Of a stretch of 64,000 nt of DNA, positions 59,501 through 64,000 are shown in pieces; position 1 is the first letter of the stretch; each line of letters begins with the position of its first letter. Both the position numbers and the translations under genes were made by a program. Source of the stretch: Phoronis australis (lineage: Eukaryota > Animalia > Phoronida); the NCBI GenBank assembly GCA_002633005.1, contig NMRA01000150.1, positions 444,945-508,944 on the forward strand. Reading direction: 5' to 3'. The notes under the pieces are model-generated. The model worked only from the letters and a program-made list of their open reading frames with translations, was not told the DNA's origin and did no database searches.

Positions 59501-62267
59501 GAAATGTTAGTACTGCAACACGCCAGTACCATGACATTTTGGTACTGTGACATGCCAGTTCCATGACATGTTGGTACAGTGACATTCCAGTAACATGACA
59601 TGTTAGTACTGTGACATGCCAGTACCTTGACATACCTTGCTTTACTGTATCTTCTGTCCATCCTTCATCAACCTGTATTGTCTCACCATATAGTAAACGT
59701 TGAACAGTTGAATCAGATGAATGGCCGTGAACATTGCGAACTTTGAACCTCTCCAACCGATTACCATCAATGTCTACAAACTCTGACTCTTTGGAAGCAT
59801 ACATATGACCTGCCATCTTCTGTACAGGCTTTAAACTATCAGCTTTAGATTCCTGCACAGCAGTCGTCACCTGTCTTGGTCGCCTACGGACGACTTCATA
59901 TGTACGATCAATCTCACTCTCTTTGTTGGCATAACGGCTTTGAACACGTTTCAGTTTGGGTGCGAGTATTTCATATTCACCCCGTGACATTTGTGACACA
60001 TGACCAAAGAAACTGGCTTTTTTCTCCACACGTTCTCCCAATCCAGTTTCCTGCGATACATGACCATAAACGTTGCGATTCTTAATGGTAACCAACTGCT
60101 CAGTCTCTTTTGACACATGTCCATGAATGTTTGCATTTTTAACCACCTCCACAGCAGGCTGTGACTCTGCAGATGAATGAGCTCCATCTACAATCCTCAC
60201 ACAAAGTTTTTCAGTTTTCTCTTCACTTTCTTGGGAGATGCAAGCACCTGACTCATAACTTACACTTTGACCTGGCACAAATTTTACATGAGCATTCTCA
60301 CTGAAAGCCTCACTCTCTTGAGAAACATGTTTACCTTGTGCCACATGCTCCGTTGCTGTGAGAGATTTCACACCTGCTTGACTGGATGCTACAAGCTCTT
60401 CCTTGCTGACTGTTGACTTTTGCTCCTTATTGACAAATTCGTCAGCTGTGTTGGCATACTCACCATCTTTACACACGTCTGTCTCACTCACATTCACAGT
60501 GCCATCACTCTTACCACTAGAGGGAGTTACATCAACATTGCCATTATCACCGCCACTATCAGTCTCCTCCCTTCCATCCGTCACATCACTCTCCTGCAAA
60601 CCTGTAGGAGGAGACACATGTACCACATCATCAGTGCGTACCCATGTCGGCAGATTTCCAAAGTCTGTTAAGTTGGCAAGTTGAGATACACTAACAGATG
60701 TGGCCACTTTGTTATTCCCACCACCAGCGGGGACGTCAACTTCATTATTGTCACCACCAGCGGGGACGTCAACTTCATTATTGTCACCACCAGCAGGGAC
60801 GNGACTCGTAACTTACACTTTGACCTGGCACAAATTTTACATGAGCATTCTCACTGAAAGCCTCACTCTCTTGAGAAACATGTTTACCATGTGCCACATG
60901 CTCCGTTGCTGTGAGAGACTTCACACTTGCTTGACTGGATGCTACAAGCTCTTCCTCGCTGACTGTTGACTTTTGCTCCTTATTGACAAATTCTTCAGCT
61001 GTGTTGGCATACTCACCATCTTTACACACTTCTGTCTCACTCACATTCACAGTACCATCACTCTTACCACTAGAGGGAGTTACATCAACATTGCCATTAT
61101 CACCACCGCCACTATCAGTCTCCTCCCTTCCATCCGTCACATCACTCTCCTGCAAACCTGTAGGAGGAGACACATGTACCACATCATCAGTGCGTACCCA
61201 TGTCGGCAGATTTCCAAAGTCTGTTAAGTTGGCAAGTTGAGATACACTAACGGATGTGGCCACTTCGTTATTGCCACCACCGGCGGGGACGTCAACTTCA
61301 TTACTGTCACCACCAGCGGGGACATCAACAAAGGCTCTTTGTGTCCAGGAGGGTAAGTCAGCAATGGACACATCCAGAACATTGGTAGTACTCACTGCTG
61401 TAGATGGCAATGACAATGCATGACCATCACGATCATCGCTGGTCACCTGGGGTGCAAAATGGGATAAGTCCAGCAAATTGCCCGTTGGTATTGAGTTGAT
61501 GTCAGACATGGCTTGGTCTAGTTCAGACGGACCACTGACTGTGGTTTGCACAATTTGACGTTTTGTTTGGGCATACAACATATCTTGAAGAAACTGATCA
61601 GGCGTAACTTCTTGAGATGCACTTTCACCAGGAAGTGTGATGTCTAACAGATTTCTTTCCCTGCCACTAGGTGGCAGCTCCTGGCCACGTGATGTTGCAG
61701 TGTTATTTGGTTGGACAGAGCTCTCGCTTTCTTGCTGCAAAAGTATTAATTTGAATCTCACTTTATACATAAACTTGGAAGAAGAGAAGTTTAATTTGTT
61801 TGAGACAAATGAAATATAATGACAGATAGTAAAGCAACTGTTTTCTTCAAAGCAGTGATTTAACAAATGAGGTGATACCCAGCTAGAGAACAGTTTGCTG
61901 GAGAAAAGTCAGCCAGACTTTAAACACACTGCAGTACCATCTTACTGCTGACAGTTCATGAGAGTGAGATGTCTCCATGACAATGCATGTTAATTAAGTT
62001 AAATAAGTAAACCATCAATGAGTTACTCATTTGTCATGTCTGTCTTTTCAAACACTATTCACTCCCACCTCCTTCAGGCCTTCCTTCAGCCCTTCCTTAG
62101 GGCCTTCCTTCAGCCCCTCCATAGCCAGTCTCCAACGTTCCTCCTCCTCAGCCAAAAGTGCTATTCTCTTTGCATCGAGCTGTCTTCGCCGAACTCTCCA
62201 TAGAGCGCGCTGTTCACGGGCAGCTGCTTCCTCAGACAATTCAGCATAATAGCTAACGAGTTCTTCC
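53564..62267 (-). CDS. TUBGCP6: Gamma-tubulin complex component 6, 3' exons: 62267-62069, 61734-59636 (contains a gap-associated duplication), 58876-58790, 58476-58317, 57716-57575, 57212-57056, 56092-55922, 55248-55032, 54389-54190, 53667-53564; 5' exons lie beyond the window
   Basis: GRIP2 motifs HFVAIRRFLLMQDGEFAQVLSDQLF, LELQYKVDWPINIVITESCMSKYSKVFSFMLQL, RHEMQHLV.IIQGYLANQI, H..YLNRAIFRCLLNKKAAPV and GYQPHLQELLLRLDFNNFY; large low-complexity insert with HGHVS repeats typical of GCP6; junction phases are consistent. The donor at 62069 is the least certain. Confidence 0.93.
55455..55610. repeat. Minisatellite, 35 bp unit, about 4.5 copies
   Basis: gagcttcataatgttaacttatcgagtgcaccaga units. 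Confidence 0.9.
56270..56880 (-). mobile_element. Degenerate HINE-like element, copy 3 (TUBGCP6 intron)
   Basis: Same motifs (aaaattgccactagg, acacatctgccaa.tttcat, gatcct, aaaatggccactagg) as 15377 and 52136. Confidence 0.6.
57698..57875 (-). repeat. 41-bp tandem array duplicating a TUBGCP6 3' splice acceptor (4 copies)
   Basis: ttacag|agtttcattggtcaatcag repeated; AG dinucleotides at 57717 (true), 57758, 57799 and 57840. Confidence 0.9.
58481..58632. repeat. 36-bp tandem repeat, 4 copies, abutting a TUBGCP6 acceptor
   Basis: acaatgtatgtaatgttaatgtcaccttcaatatac units ending 3 nt from the AG at 58477-58478. Confidence 0.92.
59370..59630. repeat. About 30-bp quasi-palindromic minisatellite directly after a TUBGCP6 donor
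   Basis: ccagtaccatgacatgttggtactgtgacatg units starting a few nt after the GT at 59635. Confidence 0.88.
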
Positions 62268-63702
62268 CTGTCAAAACAAACGACAATGTAAGTGTTGTGT
62301 TGAAAACTTTGTATTTTAGTAATCTTTTGTGGCACTTTTGTGGATCTATCACTACTCAGAAAGAACAGTTTGATTTGTGCAAAGGTTCCAGGCAAGAATA
62401 TTAGGTTTCGTAGGAGATTCGCAGCAACAAGCCAGTAGTCTTAGTAGTGAGTATGGGTGCCATAACCAGTGCAACCAAAAGGATAGTTATGTCCACATCA
62501 GGTTGAAGGTTTTGACAATCATTTGCGGATGAAGTAGCATGAAAATTACACCACGATCATCAAATTTCAATATCAGTTATCAGATAAGTAAACATAGTGT
62601 GGTATAGAAAATGCATTCCGCCACAATCCAGAAATCGTTTCTTAAATGAGCTTAAAAGATTCTAATGAAATTGTCTGAGTTGATATGATTATTCATTTTC
62701 CAAGCAATTTCAGCCGATCTTTTTGTGTTTTATGTTACTTAGTTTTCTATTTTAATTCAAACCAACACGTGGTTTGATTTCGGAACCATCAAACACGTGT
62801 CACGAGCGAGCGCTGTTTCTGAAAAATGGCTGATGGAAATAAAGGCATTCTTTTGTAAACAATGAATGCTAGGCATAACTTAACACTACAAGCAAGGTAT
62901 TGGAATAATATTGCATTAACAGTGAAAATAGGCCACTCCACAGCAATTGGCACAAGCAATACTATATTTCTAATCAACATAACATTTTCATCATCACAAA
63001 CGTGAAAGTTAGAATTCATTCTAAAAGTTCAACTTATTGGGTAAAAACACAGGATTGAGTTCACAGTCTGACTTCAGCAGATTTTTCTTATAAGTCACAA
63101 AACACTTTCTAAAATCTGGTTCATGTGAATTGGCGCTATTTCGGGGAAGCCCTCTTAGTGGTGCGATTTTTGGAAATTTCCAACAGATTTTAACATAAGC
63201 CTACAATTTCCAACTGCAAAGCAAAGTACATAATCTTGGATGTAAACTAGTGAGGAAGCACATATATATGAGTGTACATGCACTGTAGGCCAGGCGTACT
63301 GAGTGAGCATTCACATGTATACATGAGTGTACACGTACTGTAGGCCAGGCGTACTGAGTGAGCATTCACATGTATACATGAGTGTACATGCACCAGGGCT
63401 CGACATAACGAGCTGCAGGTCGCATTTGCGACCTGAAATTTGGAAATGCGAGCTGAGATTTTTGTCAGCTTGTATCAAGTCGCTAAATGCGACCTGGAAT
63501 TTCCAACGTATGTGAGCTGAGTTTTTACACTTCTCGGAAGAAATGTGCCTCATGTTCAGTAACACTAGGACCTCGCTAAAAAGTAAGACTTCGCGAGATT
63601 ACGTGAGATAATGCCGTGCATTTTAAATTAGAACACGTGACCTTGACTAGGTTTTAGCTAGGTCCTAGCGTAGGTCCTAGCGTCTACGGAACGCACGCCT
63701 GG

Positions 63703-64000
63703 CATAATGATCATCAACATAATTTTGTCCACATCATGGTCAACATAATTTTGTCTGCATAATGATCATCAACATAATTTTGTCCGCATAACGGTCATAA
63801 ACATAATTTTGTCTGCATAATGATCATCGACATAATTTTGTCTGCATAATGGCCATTAACATAATTTTGACCGCATAATGGTCATCAACAAAATTTTGTC
63901 CGCATAATGGTCATCAACATAATTTTGTCTGCATAATGATCATCAACATAATTTTGTCCGCATAATGGTCATCAACATAATTTTGTCTGCATAATGATCA
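63703..64000. repeat. Minisatellite, 29 bp unit, 10 or more copies (continues beyond the window)
   Basis: cataatgatcatcaacataattttgtctg units. Confidence 0.95.

Noticed and set aside
59313-59635. C-terminal 100 aa of the 464-aa ORF (YWHVTVLTCH repeats) as part of TUBGCP6
   Set aside because: Read-through past the donor at 59635 into an intronic minisatellite; the spliced frame continues at 58876.

Overview
Eukaryotic (bilaterian invertebrate, probably a marine lophotrochozoan; species cannot be determined from sequence alone) AT-rich genomic DNA with spliced genes, many minisatellites and decayed transposons. Most ORFs in the supplied track are spurious. Five genes were built by hand with phase-consistent GT-AG junctions: the last four exons of SLC25A26 (+, 749-6480); a CD225/dispanin PRRT1-like gene (-, 9644-11673); a secreted signal peptide + unknown beta-rich domain + 4 cbEGF + MAM gene with nephronectin/EGFL6-like architecture (-, 19193-42929); UQCC1 (+, 45477-50940); and the 3' part of TUBGCP6 (-, 53564-62267). 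Mobile DNA includes Penelope-like, L1/Tx1 and CR1/L2 fragments, a hAT transposase relic, Kolobok-like TTAA elements with a THAP relic, Helentron-associated (HINE-like) elements, MITEs and a probable solo LTR. Main observations: (1) tandem repeats repeatedly copy real splice junctions into introns, including a 12 x 68-bp array of decoy terminal-exon units in SLC25A26; (2) a HINE-like element carries co-oriented CTCF-consensus motifs at roughly nucleosome spacing, two copies lying between genes; (3) a type I hammerhead-like fold with a G3-C8 core swap sits in an SLC25A26 intron. Two duplications flanking single-N gaps are probably assembly artifacts. All identifications rest on manual translation and recalled family motifs; no database search was run.
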